DNA of 64,000 nucleotides. It comes from Cyanophora paradoxa CCMP329 (taxonomy: Eukaryota; Plantae; Glaucophyta). The DNA lies in contig QPMI01000530.1 of assembly GCA_004431415.1 (NCBI GenBank), positions 1 through 64,000 of the forward strand, read 5' to 3'. The notes below the pieces were generated by a model. That model had not been told where the DNA came from. It did no database searches and was given only the letters and a program-made list of their open reading frames with translations. Made by a program: the position numbers and the translations under genes. Every line of letters begins with the position of its first letter. Position 1 is the first letter of the stretch. Below are positions 1-13,463 of the stretch, piece by piece.

Positions 1-28
1 ATAGGTACAAAGCTGCATATGTATACAC

Positions 29-1700
29 TTATAAAAGTGGCATACTTGATATGCTACATGTGCTCTTACTCGATATAACTGCTCTGCGAACAACTGCTTT
101 TTGATCGACAAAAACAGAAATCGGAATCGTAGAATTTGTAAACCAGCTCCGGCAAAATGTTACGGCCGGGTGGAAAAGTTTGTAATTGCCGCGCGTGCTT
201 ACAGTAAGCACCAAGGGAGGCATATTAGCGCGGGAAAAGCTAAGTAGATCCTTGCAAACAGCATCCAGCTGCTGCAAGCTTTCTCCGGACCCGATGGCCA
301 GTCCAAACTCCATGCCAATGTTCAACTTCACACCGAAGTTTTGGTAGCATCCCGCAATTTCCTGCAGTGCTAATGTCAATGAAAAGATGGATATCGACTC
401 ACTTCTGCACCACAACTCGCAGAAATGTCTTTCGATGATCCCTCCAGAGTGCTGTATGGTGATCCGACGGAGGGCTGGCCTCGCCGATCGTACCAGCTCC
501 ACCAGACTGTCTCCGTCCAAGGAATGCCGTCGACCGCAAGATGAGATTTTCAACTCGACCCAGTCCAAATTCTCGTTGCCATGCAGAAGAACTTCGGCCA
601 GCCCATTTGCAGTGGCCTGCAGCAGTTCACTTCCACCTCCACAAGAATCTTGACAGTCTCCGAACTGCGATCAGTATAAGGAGAGAGGGCGATCCAAGTT
701 TAAAAACGTACACATATGTCAAGATTCAGCTCGCGAAGTCCACGCAGCGTTCCTAGAGACGAAAGACATTTCCCGACTCGCAATCAACCTGCGAAATAAA
801 ACAAATCAATTATTAGATGCATTCAGACCGAGCGTCCGTACCTCAGCTCCAGCTTTGAGAAGCTCTAAATGGAATTGTGCTGACAGGTCGATTGGCTACT
901 GAAGAGTTGCAGAAATCGAGAGCCTCGCTCGAACGCCCCAAGAAGAAATTTGTGCAGCCCATTGATCCACCACAGTTGCGACGAGAACTCTGAGCGCTGG
1001 CAAGCTTTCATTATCATCCGCTGCCAGAATGTGTCGGTGAGATCGAAAGGAAGCTTTCAAATGTACGGAAAACATTAGTCACAGTCGTGTCGCGCAGGCA
1101 GCGCCAGATATAGAAAGGCTTCTCAGTTGAGGAAACACGTTGAACTCTCGATGCAACGCAGTAGCTGTTCCGCATTCCCAATCGCATGACAACGGATGAA
1201 ATGAAGAATTGTGCTCAATGACTCGCGATTGCACACAAAGGTGTGAATCCCAGCCATCCTCAGAGATGGTTACATGCTCAGCTCCACCATCGATTGTGAA
1301 GCAGCCAATAAAACTCCTGCATGATTCCATTTCAGCATTCCACAAGAACGTAATGCTGAGCTTACCCATACAGATTGGACAGCAACGGAGTACAGTGCGT
1401 TTGTGTTGACAGAAACGGCCCAAAGCCGATGTGGAGATGCCGGCAGCCCGCCAAGGCGCCTTTTCGAATCCGCGGGCGGCACGCTGCAATATTCTTACAT
1501 GTTCCTCGATTGCGTGTTCACATTGTGCATGAAGAGACGAAATGGAGGAATTCTCCACACGGAAAGCTCTCCACAATTGCTGTGCCCTGCGCTGCATCGC
1601 CTGAACTGCCTATTCACTAACCATACTTCGCTCGTGAAGAATTCCAAGTGTCAGATTGGAGAGAATCTTGGTGACAATGCCATCCAGAAGCTCTTCAGCT
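29..1700 (-). pseudogene. degenerate multi-exon leucine-rich (F-box/LRR-like) gene
   Basis: ORFs 1079-1597 and 29-568 have LxxLxL-type patterns (FPQLRSLSISG, RPALRRITIQ); a GTACGG donor lies near 840; an apparent in-frame stop lies near 895. Confidence 0.3.
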
Positions 1701-2401
1701 GCAGCTAGCGCTGGAGCATGTGACTGGCATGCTCATACTGCCTTTTACGCTTCCCCTTGAACATGGCAGTTAACGTTTCCCGCGCTACCGAACCAGTTGG
1801 GGTAGAGCATACAAATGGGGGATGAGAAGCTGCGAAGGAGGGGGGGGGGGGGGGTGCGCGGAGTGCGGTGGAATCAATTAGATATTTTCTCAGTGCATGT
1901 GCACATATCAGGGGCTCTCAATCAAGGATTCAGGTGGCAGGCGCCCTTGCAAATTCTTATTAAGTGTATCCTTGCAGGTTTCTCACGATAACAGATTAAA
2001 TATGCAATTATGCAAGGTTTTTCACGATAACAGATTAAATGTCCGAAAACATGTCTTCTCGACCGAAGTGCATAAGCGAATGTGCTCTGCCTGCCTGAGC
2101 TTGCTTGCCTAAGCTGCTCTGCTGAGATGCTCTGCTAAGTGACTAGAGCTTGCTTGCCTGAGCTGCTCTGCATATACTGCTCCAGCTCACTGCTGCTGCT
2201 GTTACTCTGACGTCACTGAATTCGAATCGAATCCATCATCAACCTGCAAAAAGCGTCAATCTGAGTCTGTCGTTTTATTAAAGCCGAACCTGGACTGGCA
2301 AGAGGCGCGATGTGCATCTTCGAATTCCATGACAGCGTTCTTGGCATTCTCAAGCACATTTAGCTTCGCATCGCCGGCAGCAGCCCGCACGGAATCGACT
2401 C

Positions 2402-2850
2402 CATTATCCACCTGGAAGGTGCGTCGAATTCAATTCGTAAACAGGTGAATTCAGGGGGAAAGAGAAACCATACCTGGAGCTGGCGCGACGTGCATCGATA
2501 TTGTCCTAAGATCGTTCTTGGAATTCTCAGTTTCATTAAGAATCGCATCGCCGTCAGAACCGGCACGGGCTGAACGCCGGTCGCCACGATTGCATCCTGC
2601 TCCTGCTCCTTTGACGTTTCGAGATCGAATGCATTATCCACCTGGAGATGCATCACATTATATTCATATGCAAGTGAACTCGGGGGAATGATGAAAACCA
2701 TACCTGGAGCTGGCGCGACGTGCGTCGATATTGTCCATAAGATCATTCTTGGAATTCTCAGTTTCATTAAGAATCGCATCGCCGTCAGGAACCGGCACGG
2801 ACTGAACATCGGTTACCACTATTTCACGCTGCTCCTGCTGCTTTGTCCGA
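2402..2850. repeat. tandem duplication of a ~230-bp exon+intron unit (2 diverged copies)
   Basis: CATTATCCACCTGGA...ACCATACCTGGAGCTGGCGCGACG...GAATTCTCAGTTTCATTAAGAATCGCATCGCCGTCAG occurs from 2402 and again from 2632. Confidence 0.85.
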
Positions 2851-3436
2851 TCAGAATCTTCGACCAAGATCCAGCAGAAGTCCCAACACCGGCACACTCG
2901 CAGCTTTACCTGGGGCTGGCGCAAGCGACATCCAGCACGTCACTCTCAGTGTCTGCAGAGCCAGATTGGAATTCAGAGATCCAAACACAATCAACAATTT
3001 AAAAGCGGCCGCGCACCAGTCTTTGAAACCTCAAATCCGGCGCATTGCCTTCGGTACGAGCACGCTTCTGTTGGTCATCACCGACCGAAGCCGGAACAAG
3101 TCCGTTGATGTTGCCGCGGCCGTCATCCATCGCACGCTTTGTGATTGTAGGACCGCATTCGTCCTGATGCTGCCCTATCTTGCAAGCTACAGCGTGCTCC
3201 ATGAAAACTTGATTTCCGTTCTGGTCGGTAACCCGGACAGAGGTACAGTATAATTGGAGCGAGGGTACAGAGGCTATCTAATGCAAAACACCGTTACAGG
3301 TGAAATTCTAAAAAGCAGCGCGCTATAGCCCGTCTAAATTTAAAGTTCTGTCCAAGAATCCCGGCCAATTGCAAGTAGCAATTGCAAGTTTGTAGTAAGA
3401 CAGAGAGAGAACGACAATATTTCTGGAAATTCACCA

Positions 3437-5910
3437 TCACCAGAAGCGAGCACGAGTGGCAAGAGCGTCTGCAACATGACTAAAGGCAATATGCCAACCT
3501 GGAAGCAAAGCTTTTACGAGTTTGGCCATGGGGTCCGAAATCGCGTCCTTCACAAAACGAATGTTGCACGAAGGCCATCTATTCAGTTGGGTAGCGATGG
3601 GACGGAGAGGTTGCAGAGCTGAAGCGAGGACACACAAATCGATCAACTCGTTCCGGGCGGCCCTGTACACGAGATCCACTCGTTCCAGATTCGCGCATCG
3701 CGCAAGCGACTGATTCTCGCACGCGACAGGCACGAGGCCCACCCGCTTGATTGCCGTGAAGACGTTGGGCTTTGTCATGAGCAGGTCCACCATGTGAAGC
3801 GCAAGAGATGTTTCAGCCAGCACAGAATCCTTGCTGTGAACATGGAATGGAATTTGATGGACGATCTCAAGTTTGACGGCTTGCAGAATCGCGCTCCACG
3901 CAACGACGGATGAAAGTTGCGTGAGCACACTCGCCAAGTATCCGCCGCAGCCAGTGACGGAGAGATCAAGTGAGCGCAAGTTTGCAAGAATTGGCGACAT
4001 GGATGCTTGATTGAAGCCGATTCTACTTTGATTGACGTCGGGAAGGTCAGTGCAAGCGAAGGCCGTCCTCGAGCTCGATCCCACAATCTCGCTACTGAAG
4101 CACGGGCCAGTGTCACCGCAGTCGTCAATAGATATAGCGACAGACAGTTGCCTCGGATAAGACTCAGGCTGCTTCTGCTTTTGCTTTTGCTTCTGCTTCG
4201 TGCTTTGCGATTGACTGGACGACGACTCGCCGAGCTCATTGCCTGCCAGACAGGTCATCACAAGGTCCACCAGCGAATAATGATTTGGAGCATTGAATAA
4301 CTCAATTCGATCAAGCTCCGGAGAACCTACTCGGATGTGAGCGAGATGTAAACTTTGCAATCGGAATTGATAAATAAACAATATAAGACACCTCCGTCTT
4401 AGTGATGGCTCCCATGGGCAGGCAATCCGACAAGGGCGCGGTAGCCCCGGTGAGGTCAACCGAAAACTTGCGAAGCTTCTTGAGATCGAAATCTGGCAAC
4501 CTAGTGCACAGCGCCAGGGCACGAAATGCGGTGTGATCTGCATATGAAGTCTTCAGAGGACGAAGCATACGTATACGTGCATACTTCGATGACAGAGCAA
4601 ACCTATATGCACGCTTCTCAGCTCTTTCATTTTTCCAATACGTGCAAACGCAGCCGGCAGCTGAGCATGATGACCAGGTGAAGCGTTGACAAACAATCGA
4701 AGATGCTTCAGCTTTGGAAAGCGCTCAGCAATTGCGACTGCACATTCCGTGATGACATCTTGATTCGAGCGCGGACCAGCTGCGGAAGATGTTCGACTGC
4801 TCGTGAGAAGAGAGAGAGAGAGACAGAGACAGAGAGAGAAAGAGAGTCGGGATCGGACCGTCGACGTCTAGTCCCAGAGATTCCAACTTTGGAAGTGCTG
4901 GCGCGAGCTCTTCAAGCATGCGCCTGTTTACGAGCATGCCTTCGCCGAAGTCCACATGCATGAGGGCTGGAAGGGCAGAAAGGGCCGCGACAATCCCATT
5001 GAATACTTCTCGTTCTGCATCGAATGCGTGAGCACATTTGCACGTGGCTACACGATAAATAAGACGTGGATGCATCTAACCCGACGAACCTGGACCTTCG
5101 CAAGCGGAAGAAAGTACCGGATCTATGTACAGTCAATGAAAACCACTGGAATATTAATGCGAATATGCGCTTGCTGAGGGTACCTAGCCAAGATGCGGAT
5201 AGGGACTTATCGTTGCGACCGTCGGAGACTGACAGAAGCAAACTCAAGTGCTCGACAGTCTTGGGGCATTCTTGTAGGACCTTCAAAATGTATGCATAAC
5301 GACGAGCAGTGCGAGATGCACGGATAAATTCGCTGTCTGGTGCCTGGTGAGCAATCCTGAGCGTGCGAAGCCCGTCGAGTTGGGAGAGCAGGCGGGAACC
5401 TGCCGTGTCGCAAAAAATGTGCGTAATTGAAAAATGTCACAATCACGAAAAACGAAAACGCAAGATTTCACCAGCGTAACGAAGACCTGATCGACTTGCT
5501 TGTAGAAACTGCCCTCCAAGCGAAACACACTTGTGCGAAAACCCCACGCCGCGGCACATCGAATGCAAAACCTCAAAAGCCGACTCCATGACGCTATTGC
5601 TTGCTCGCGCATCGTTTCCGTGACGCGTTGTGCCAGCCAGCGGACTTCCTCGCCGCCATAGAGGGTATGCAGATCGCAATCACGACCCCCGCGAGATTCA
5701 AGTGCGAACGATAGATTGAGCTCGCCAATAGCAAGATTTCGGAGCAGCTTGCCGAACGCTGGCGAAACCTTATGAATCCGTAACCCGTCCACAAATCGAC
5801 GAAGTCAGCGTTCTTGAGAGCTTCCACGATAAGAGCGTCGGGAAGATAGGCAGCCTCGCCGCCGCCTCCGGCCTCGAGCTCCACATGCGCAGACGAGTCT
5901 TCGTGCACGC
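3437..5910 (-). CDS. F-box/LRR-like protein, multi-exon (boundaries approximate)
   Basis: N-terminal LPDALIVEAL...VSPAFGKLLR resembles an F-box. Downstream exons have LRR-like LPALMHVDF, LPKLESLGLD, LANLRSLDLS and CANLERVDL. The last long exon ends at 3437. Confidence 0.5.
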
Positions 5911-6404
5911 GCAGTCAGCTTTACTTGCGAGACAGCAATGCATGCATGGATTCCGTCCGCGAACCGGTACGACTCTCGTTTCCCTCGCTGGCGGCGCCGC
6001 TCACGGGCATTGAGCTTGACATTCCGACCCCTGCCAGCGGGTGGCTGTCGGCTCCGCTAACGGGCATTGTGCTGGACATTCCGGCCCCTGCCAGAGGGTG
6101 CTAGTAAGATGAAAACGCGCTGACCACAAAAGCGCAGGTGTTCACCGGGCCGTTCAATCTTGCTCTGATGTTCACCGCCAGAATGTTCACCGCCCGGCGA
6201 AAGCGGCGCTTCATGGGATCTGGTTCTAGCGCCTTTCCAGTTTCAGTGGCCGCTGAGTGGCGGGGTGGGGGGTACTCGAAGTACGTGCAGCGCGCCCGCA
6301 GTCAGCGGTCAGAACGCAGTCAGCGGTCAGAATGTCAGACTGGAAGGTATGCTACTGGTATCGATGTCATAGCGCGTCATGCTAGCTCGTAGGCCGCGCT
6401 AGCT

Positions 6405-9400
6405 ATGGCGGGTCTTGGCCCTCATCCTCATTCTCGTCGCAGAGGAACTCCGTCGTGCTTTCGAGCAACCGTCCTCAACAGGTGCTTCTGCACGCGCACT
6501 CCGACAAACTTCGGACCATACAAAGGCTCTCGTTGCCCTCGCTTCGCTGTCAGCTGTGCTTCAGTGAGTGCGCGCATGCTCATCTTTCTTACGTAAGTCA
6601 TTCTGGTCCTCTGGAAGGGTGGCCGTGGAGAGTCTGGATCTGCACCTGCCCGATTCGCCTCCCGCAACGGTGGCATTCCTCGTCATCCTTGCTGTCCGCC
6701 GTGCCCTGCCTCCGCAGGCCAGCTTTGAAGATGTTATACGCGCGTTCAGGTGCATGTTTTTCGTCGACTCCCAGCCGCTAGCGAGCTGTCCAGACGTAAT
6801 TGATCATCAGGACCTGCTGCGCGCTGCCCAGTCCTGAGTTCGATGCCTTCGAGACAATAATCTTTGACGTCGACGGGTGTACATGGTCGGATACACACAA
6901 TAAGACTTCACTACAAACGTGGGGGGCAATAGCATCACACTTGCGGAGCGCATTGGCCGAGTGGGCGAGAGATTTTCATCTACCTGGATGACATACCGTC
7001 AGCGTCTTGATTACGACTTTGCCGGAGGATGGGCAGCGCAACGCACATCGTTTCGCGAACCGTGCAGCAGCTCGGCCACTCAATCAGGCAAGTCATGTGT
7101 ATGCACATTGCGAGAGCTTTTTGTCTCACTCTCGTCCAGTTTCTGGGAGCGCCTCATGGATCCAATCGGCTTCGATTCGGCTGCAGATTTTCTCTCGCGC
7201 GACATCTGCTTCGGTGATCGTAGCCCGAACGCATCTGAGGATCCGGATGAAACCGTGGGTGTCTTTTCATCAAGGGAATCGTCTTGTAAGATCCGTGTTA
7301 TGTCTCTCATTTGCTATCGCTCACTACTTACTGCCAGGTGACATTTCCAAATTGCGGGAACAGATCGAAGAAAACATAAATGTAATGTCCGGTCTAACTG
7401 TGACTACGCTGTCGAACGCTGGGAGCGTGTCAGACCTTGAGCCCGTGGTGTTTGAGGTGGCGAACCATGTGTGCCCTTCTGGTCTGCTGCTTATTATGGC
7501 TTTTTTCTTGATGATGCACTTTCCAGATCGCACGTAGTTCAGGAGAAGTTGGAGGATTCATCAACTGGCTCGAAGGCTCATGGGGCGCATCTCGCGGAGT
7601 GTTCGGTGTCAATCTCAAGAACGAACCAGCAAGCGCCACTGCTCTAGCCAATGCATATCCGGCAGGTCTGCTTTTGTCTGTTTTGATTGGCAATGCAAAA
7701 TCGTGATTGGGACTTTCAGAGAAGCGCATATGACCTTGCCTGCTGTCTACGAAAAGCATCCGCCAACTGATCAGATTAGAGGGGATCGTCTGGTTCACAT
7801 CGAGGAGGTGATCGACAACATCCGTCAGGTGACACTCTTTTAATCTATATTCGTCCGTGCTTCGGAGCAACGTCAACACTGACTCCGACCTGTAGCGCAT
7901 CGAACACAGGCGGCAGGCGGTGAAGGGTGTGGATGACACGTTAATGAGTCGTTCCATTCCTTTTGCTGACCTTCCAATCCGGATCATCGTCTGCGAGGCC
8001 GTGCGTGTCGATCCAGTCGAGGGGCTTCAATTCCTCTCCCTCGACTTCCTCATCCGGTTATCCGATCTGTGCTCTTGCTATGGAATTGCACTTGTGTTCG
8101 ACGAGGCACTCACGAGTTCGCATTGTTTTTCGCATGTACTACTTCTTGACTGCATACATTGTAACTGTCTTTTCTCGCGTCAGCGTGCTTCCGAAACGCT
8201 AGGACTTTTTTTGCCTTTCAAGATTTCGTTGACGCGGCAGTGGCCGCTGGGGGGCGTGTTCTTGTCCACGGCATCCTCATTGGAAAAGCTCTTATCCCAT
8301 CTTTCTTGTTGGTACGTGAGCTGTTGACGTGTCGAGAACTTGCAATTGTTCGATATGTGTTCACCATCAGGTCCACGCAATGGCTGACGGTACAGATCCC
8401 TGGGAGACGACGTTCGGGGCATCGACCAATTTAACTGCTTTGGAGCTGTCGAAGTCGTTCCATGGTTCGGAGCCACTTACAACATCGAACTCCCTTGAAT
8501 ATGAAAAAAGGATCGCAGAGATTATAACGTCCCAGCAATACCGATTGGCGCTCATTCAGACGATCGATCTCCTGCGCGGGTTGCGTGACAATGTAGACAC
8601 AAGCCGCCACACATTGGAACATCGATGCAGCTGTGTTCAAGAGCAGTTCCAACATGCTCTCCAGCTCATTCGAGCAAGCCACCACGATCCTTGCTTCGAT
8701 GTCGAGCGAAATATGATGGTAGAGAGCTCTGGTTCGCTTTCCATGCTCTACGCTCATACATTTCGAGCAAGCGCTTACATCTCCCGAATTCGAAGGGTTC
8801 CTCTTTGCAGTACCTTCCCAGTTAGCCAAGTATTCTGGACTTCCTTTCATCTCAACCGTCGGGACACGCGCGGGACCGCCTGTGTACCATCGCTTCCTCG
8901 TTCCTATTGATATTAATATCGACGTTTTTAAGCGGGCCTTCATCCCGCGTTCTGCCAGCGGGCACCAGACGTCGTTCGAGAGTATGCAGGTGCTTGAAGT
9001 GCAGGTTCTCGGGGACTCTCGGCCTTCCCCGCAGGGCATAACCAAAGTCGAAGGTTAGATATGAGTTCTGTTAATATAACCCGGCATCCCGCACCAGCCC
9101 GAGTTGAATCGCTGCGCAGGACCTGTGTCCGTGAAAATACCTAAGGCAGGTGGTTGGCAGGAGCAGCTTCTGCAAAAATCGATTCGGATGCTTGGCATCG
9201 AGGAATGCAGTGAACCTGAGTTGAGATTATACTACTTTGTGAAGAGGTGTGGGTTTTTTGACAGACCAGGCGCGTCGGTGAGCTCGGCACGCACGCGCAG
9301 ATGCTGGCAAAAGTTAATTGTGCGCGTTTAATTTGCGCCTGTGCAGGCGGAGCTGCTGCCAGGGTTTTACTACATTACGAAAGATTCACAGTGGCCAAGA

Positions 9401-9495
9401 GTGTACGATGTACCTTATTTGTGCTTGCCAAGGACTTGAATCTTTCCTTGCAATTGAAGCTTGCACCGATCGCGAATGGCGAAATGGGTATATAG
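6405..9495 (+). CDS. multi-exon gene or pseudogene with a divergent class-III aminotransferase (PLP) domain
   Basis: IIVCEAV...DFLIRLSDLCSCYGIALVFDEALTS (7980-8117) followed by VHGILIGKAL (about 8262-8292) matches the E...FL..L..LC..G.LLI.DE..T and D....GK.L motifs. A frameshift appears near 8250. Confidence 0.5.
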
Positions 9496-10039
9496 CTAGT
9501 ACGCACTGCGGCATGACATGATCATTATGATCACTGAGTCAAGGGGTTACGAGGCAGCAAGGCCCTGATCATGACTCAGTACTAGGGTACGGTAAGGCTC
9601 GACCTCAGAGCCTCCATCATGGCATGACGTCGTCAGTGTGCGACGGTCACTGATCATGATCACGAGTCACTGAGTCATGATCACCATATGTGATAATCAG
9701 GGAGCCAAACTTGAAACTTGAAAGGAAGCTGTCGACTCCGAGGCTCTGCGAGCCTCGCCGAGTCGGAGGCCCCGCCACATGAGCTCAAGGCTTCATGATC
9801 ATTTAATTATTAGGCCTGAGGGGCTCGGCGTAGTGCTTCTGAAGTTCATCATGATCACAAGGCCCTTGCCGAGTCGGCCAGAGTCACGTCAAGATCATGA
9901 TAATCGGATCTTGAGGGTCTCGGCCGGGCTTAGCGGGGGATTAGTGTTCACTAGCTTCATGACTACGACTCGACTTTGAGGGCTTCATCATCAGGGCTGG
10001 GCTTGGTCTACGCTCAGGGTCACTAGCTACGTATACGAG

Positions 10040-13000
10040 ACACGAGCTTCATGAGGTGCAATTTCGAATTCGAAATCAAGCCTACAGATAGGGCTGCGGC
10101 CCCCGCATGCGCAGGAATGGCTCCGGGATGCGGAGAAGGGTTGTTGCCCCCCCTCGCGTGCCCACCGCGACCTGCGGGACTGTCAGTCCAGCAGATTCGG
10201 GTACCGGTGAGAAGTTGCACCAGACTGGGGTTTTTGGTGAGGCAGCTAGGCAGGTGGCGATGTGGGCATCCACGGGTGCGGGAGGCGCCCCGGGGAGCCG
10301 TCGCTGGCGGTGCGCAGGCGGGGCCGGATGGCGGCACGTAGGTTGAGGGTGCAGGCAGGATGGGCGAGGCGGCCCGGCGGCAGAGTCCAGGCGAGGTTGG
10401 CGGGGCCCGGGAGAGGTCGAAGACGAGTAGGGACTGCCCTTTCCTCGACCGGGTGGCGAGGACGAAAAGGGCACCTGCATCGGCAGAGAGAGCGGAGGCT
10501 TCGAAGCGGGTGTAGCCCGGGGAAGGGGCGCGGCGTGGACGATCTGGAGGGCCATGGGGACGGGGCCAGCGGGGAGCGGGCGCAGGCGGGCGAGCACAAG
10601 GCGGTCCTCAAAGGTCACCGCCACGAGCTGTGCCAGCCGTGTCTCCTCCTCCGGGAGGTCCACCGGCGGCAGCCCGAACGGCAGTGGCGGGGGAGGCGGC
10701 GGGCCCCCGGGGCGCCGCGGCAGCGGTGGTGCCGGCGGTGTGCGCCGCGCCGGGTCAAACCCCTGCAGGAAGAAATGCACTCCTGCACCCGGAGGGTTCT
10801 TTGCTCAGCGGCGCGGGTGGGCGAGGCGCGCACCGCCGGGGACGACGCGGGCGGTGGATCCATGCGGGGCGGTCCCCGCGAGGTCCAGCTGCGCCAGTGC
10901 TGCGTGCTAGGTCAGAAGACGCCGCGCTGAGATAGGAAAGGTGGAAGGGGCGGACTGCAGTCCGGTGTGGGGCCGGCGCCCTCAGGCGGCTGCACGTTTA
11001 GCAACTCGGCGGAGGGCATGAAGAGTGCCAACAGGCTTCTGCGCCGCCCGCTGGAGGCGAGGACGGGTCGGCGGGAAGGGGGGCACAGGTCGAATCACGC
11101 ACGTCCCAGAGGCAGCAAAGGTGCAGTAGATCCAGCGACCCTCGGCGGTGGGGTCGGGGGTGGAGGCGTCCAGCGGGGCGGGGCGGGGCGCCGGGAGGCC
11201 CGGGTTCACCCACCACGCCCACGAGGGCGCCCGGCAGACCGTTGGCAGCACCGCTGCCACGGGCACCGTCTCGCCGCTGGGCCCGAGGCCGGCGGCGCAC
11301 TCCACCACAGGTCGCCGGCTCTTGAGGTTTGAGATCCGCACGCGACCCGTCTACGCGGGGCGATCTGAGAGAAGCAAGTAGCTGGAGGGCAAGGAGCGGG
11401 CGGGCGGGCACCTGTGTGCCGACGAGAACGACGTTGTTGTCGTGGAGGCTGAAGGCGATGGCGGTGGGCCACTGGGGTTCGCCCCAGGCCCCTCCGCGTC
11501 GCTCCGCATCAGCCCGAACCGCTCCCAGCGCGCGTGCCGCCCGTACACGCTGCCCCTCGCCAGGAGCGCCCGCGTCAGGGCCCCAGGAGCGCGGCGGCTG
11601 GACGTGCGGGGCACCTGAAGAGGTACCCCGCGGTGCCAAGGGAGGCGATCATGTACGCGTCGTTCTGCGCCGGCGTCAGTGCGGAGTCTGGCGGCCGGCG
11701 GGCGGGTGGGAGGGCGCACGCGGGAGAGGGCGAGGGCGGGGAGGGCGTGCGCAGGGCGCTGCGGCCCGACGCGCTGCAGCGCCTCCGTCGGCAGCTCCAG
11801 CGCGTGCGTGAACATCAGTGCCGGTGCCGCCGGCACCGCCAGTGCTGCCGAAGGCTGCGAGAAGGACCCGCCGAGGGGCTGCAATGCGGGCGGCGGCGAT
11901 GCCGGCGCCGCTGTGGGGGCCGCCGGCGCTGCCGCCGCTGGTGCTGCTGGTACCTCCACCGAGGCCGCTCTGCCCGGGGCGGCGCCGGCAGCCGCCGCAC
12001 CGGGGGCTGGGGCGGCGGGCTGGGGCACGGGGACCATGGGCCCGCGGGGGCAGGCGAGGATGGGGTCCATGTCGAGGTCGATCTCCTGCGGGGCCCGTGA
12101 GGCGGCGCAGCGCAAGGGGGGAGAGGGCCCGGGGGCGCACGATGGGGACCATGCCGACGATGTCGAGGGGGCCTGGCGGCGGCGGCTCCTGCACGGGGGC
12201 CTCCTCCGGCGCCGGCCGGCGCCAGTGGTACTTCTGCGCCTTGCCACAACGGTGTAGGCTCACGATGGAGTCGCTCACGGCGGGGCCCGAGAGCGCTGCG
12301 CGGCGTGAGGCGCGCGGGGGCCGGTGGACGGGGGGCGCACGGCAGGCGCCCCATGAGAAGGCGAGGGCGGCGACGGGCGAGGGCCGCGGCTCGAGCACCT
12401 GCTCCAGCACGCGCACCTCCTGCGGGAGCGCCTGGAGCGGTCAGCCGGCGCCGGGGAGGGGCGGAGGAGGAAGAGGCGCGCACGAGTGCGTCGGGCGCGA
12501 TGACCGTTGTCGCTGCCGCCGCCGGCGCGGCAGCCGCGGCGGGGGCGGGGCCGGAGGAGGGAGGAGGATGCGTGCCCCCGGGCGGGGCGCGGGCGCGCGG
12601 GCGGCGCCTCCGGCTCGCGCTTGACGAAGACGGGGCGGGCCGCGTGCGGCGCCTCCGGCTCGCGCTTGACGAAGACGGGGCGGGCCGACGGGGCGGAGTG
12701 CGGCGGCCGCTCCGCCGCGGTCGCCGCGGCCGGCGGCGCCTCCGCTGCGCGCCCCCGCTTGACCACGGCGGCCTGCGGCGCTGCCGGAGGCGCTGCCTTG
12801 CGCTCACGCTTGCAATTGATCGCCGGCGCTCCGGCCTCGCGCTTGATCGCCGGCGCTCCGGGCTCGGCCTGCGGCGCTGCCGGAGGCGCTGCGCATGCCT
12901 CGTGCTCGCGCTTGATCGCCGGCGCTCCGGCCTCGCGCTTGATCGCCGGCGCTCCGGGCTCGCGCCGGGGGGGGAAGGGGCGGGGCGCACGGCAGGCGCC

Positions 13001-13463
13001 CCTTGCGAAGGCGACGTTGGCGACGGGTGACGGACACGGTTCCAGCACCTGCTTCAGGACGTGAATCTCCTGCAGAGGGGTCAAGGTTGTCAGGCGCCCA
13101 AGTGACTCCGGAGGGATGACCGCTGCCGGTGTCGCCGGCGGTGCAACAGCGGTTTTCGCCTGGCCCCGGATCTCCTGCAGAGGGGTGAAGGGGACAGGCA
13201 CCCGCCGATAAGCACGCGCTCACATGCAAGTAGGAGGCCGCCGGAGTCGAAGGGCCTGGCTCATCGGACTCGGAATCGGTGATGTCGATGAGTTCGACAA
13301 GCTCCATGTCCCTGCTTGCGGTCGCCGTCTCCGGTGTGGTGGCCGCAGCCGGCCGCTCGAGCGCGAGCAGCACTTCGGCGAGCTCAGCCCGCGCTTTGAC
13401 CAGTTCCGTCTCCGCCCGTTCGACTTTCGCCAGTGCTTCATCCACTTCGCGGCCACGTTTCAT
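10040..13463 (-). CDS. large multi-exon Pro/Ala-rich protein with an N-terminal coiled coil, SIM-like motifs and repeated IKRE/VKRE motifs
   Basis: Starts MKRGREVDEALAKVERAETELVKARAEL at 13463; GTGCG/GTGAG...CAG introns; the 3' end is uncertain. Confidence 0.5.
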
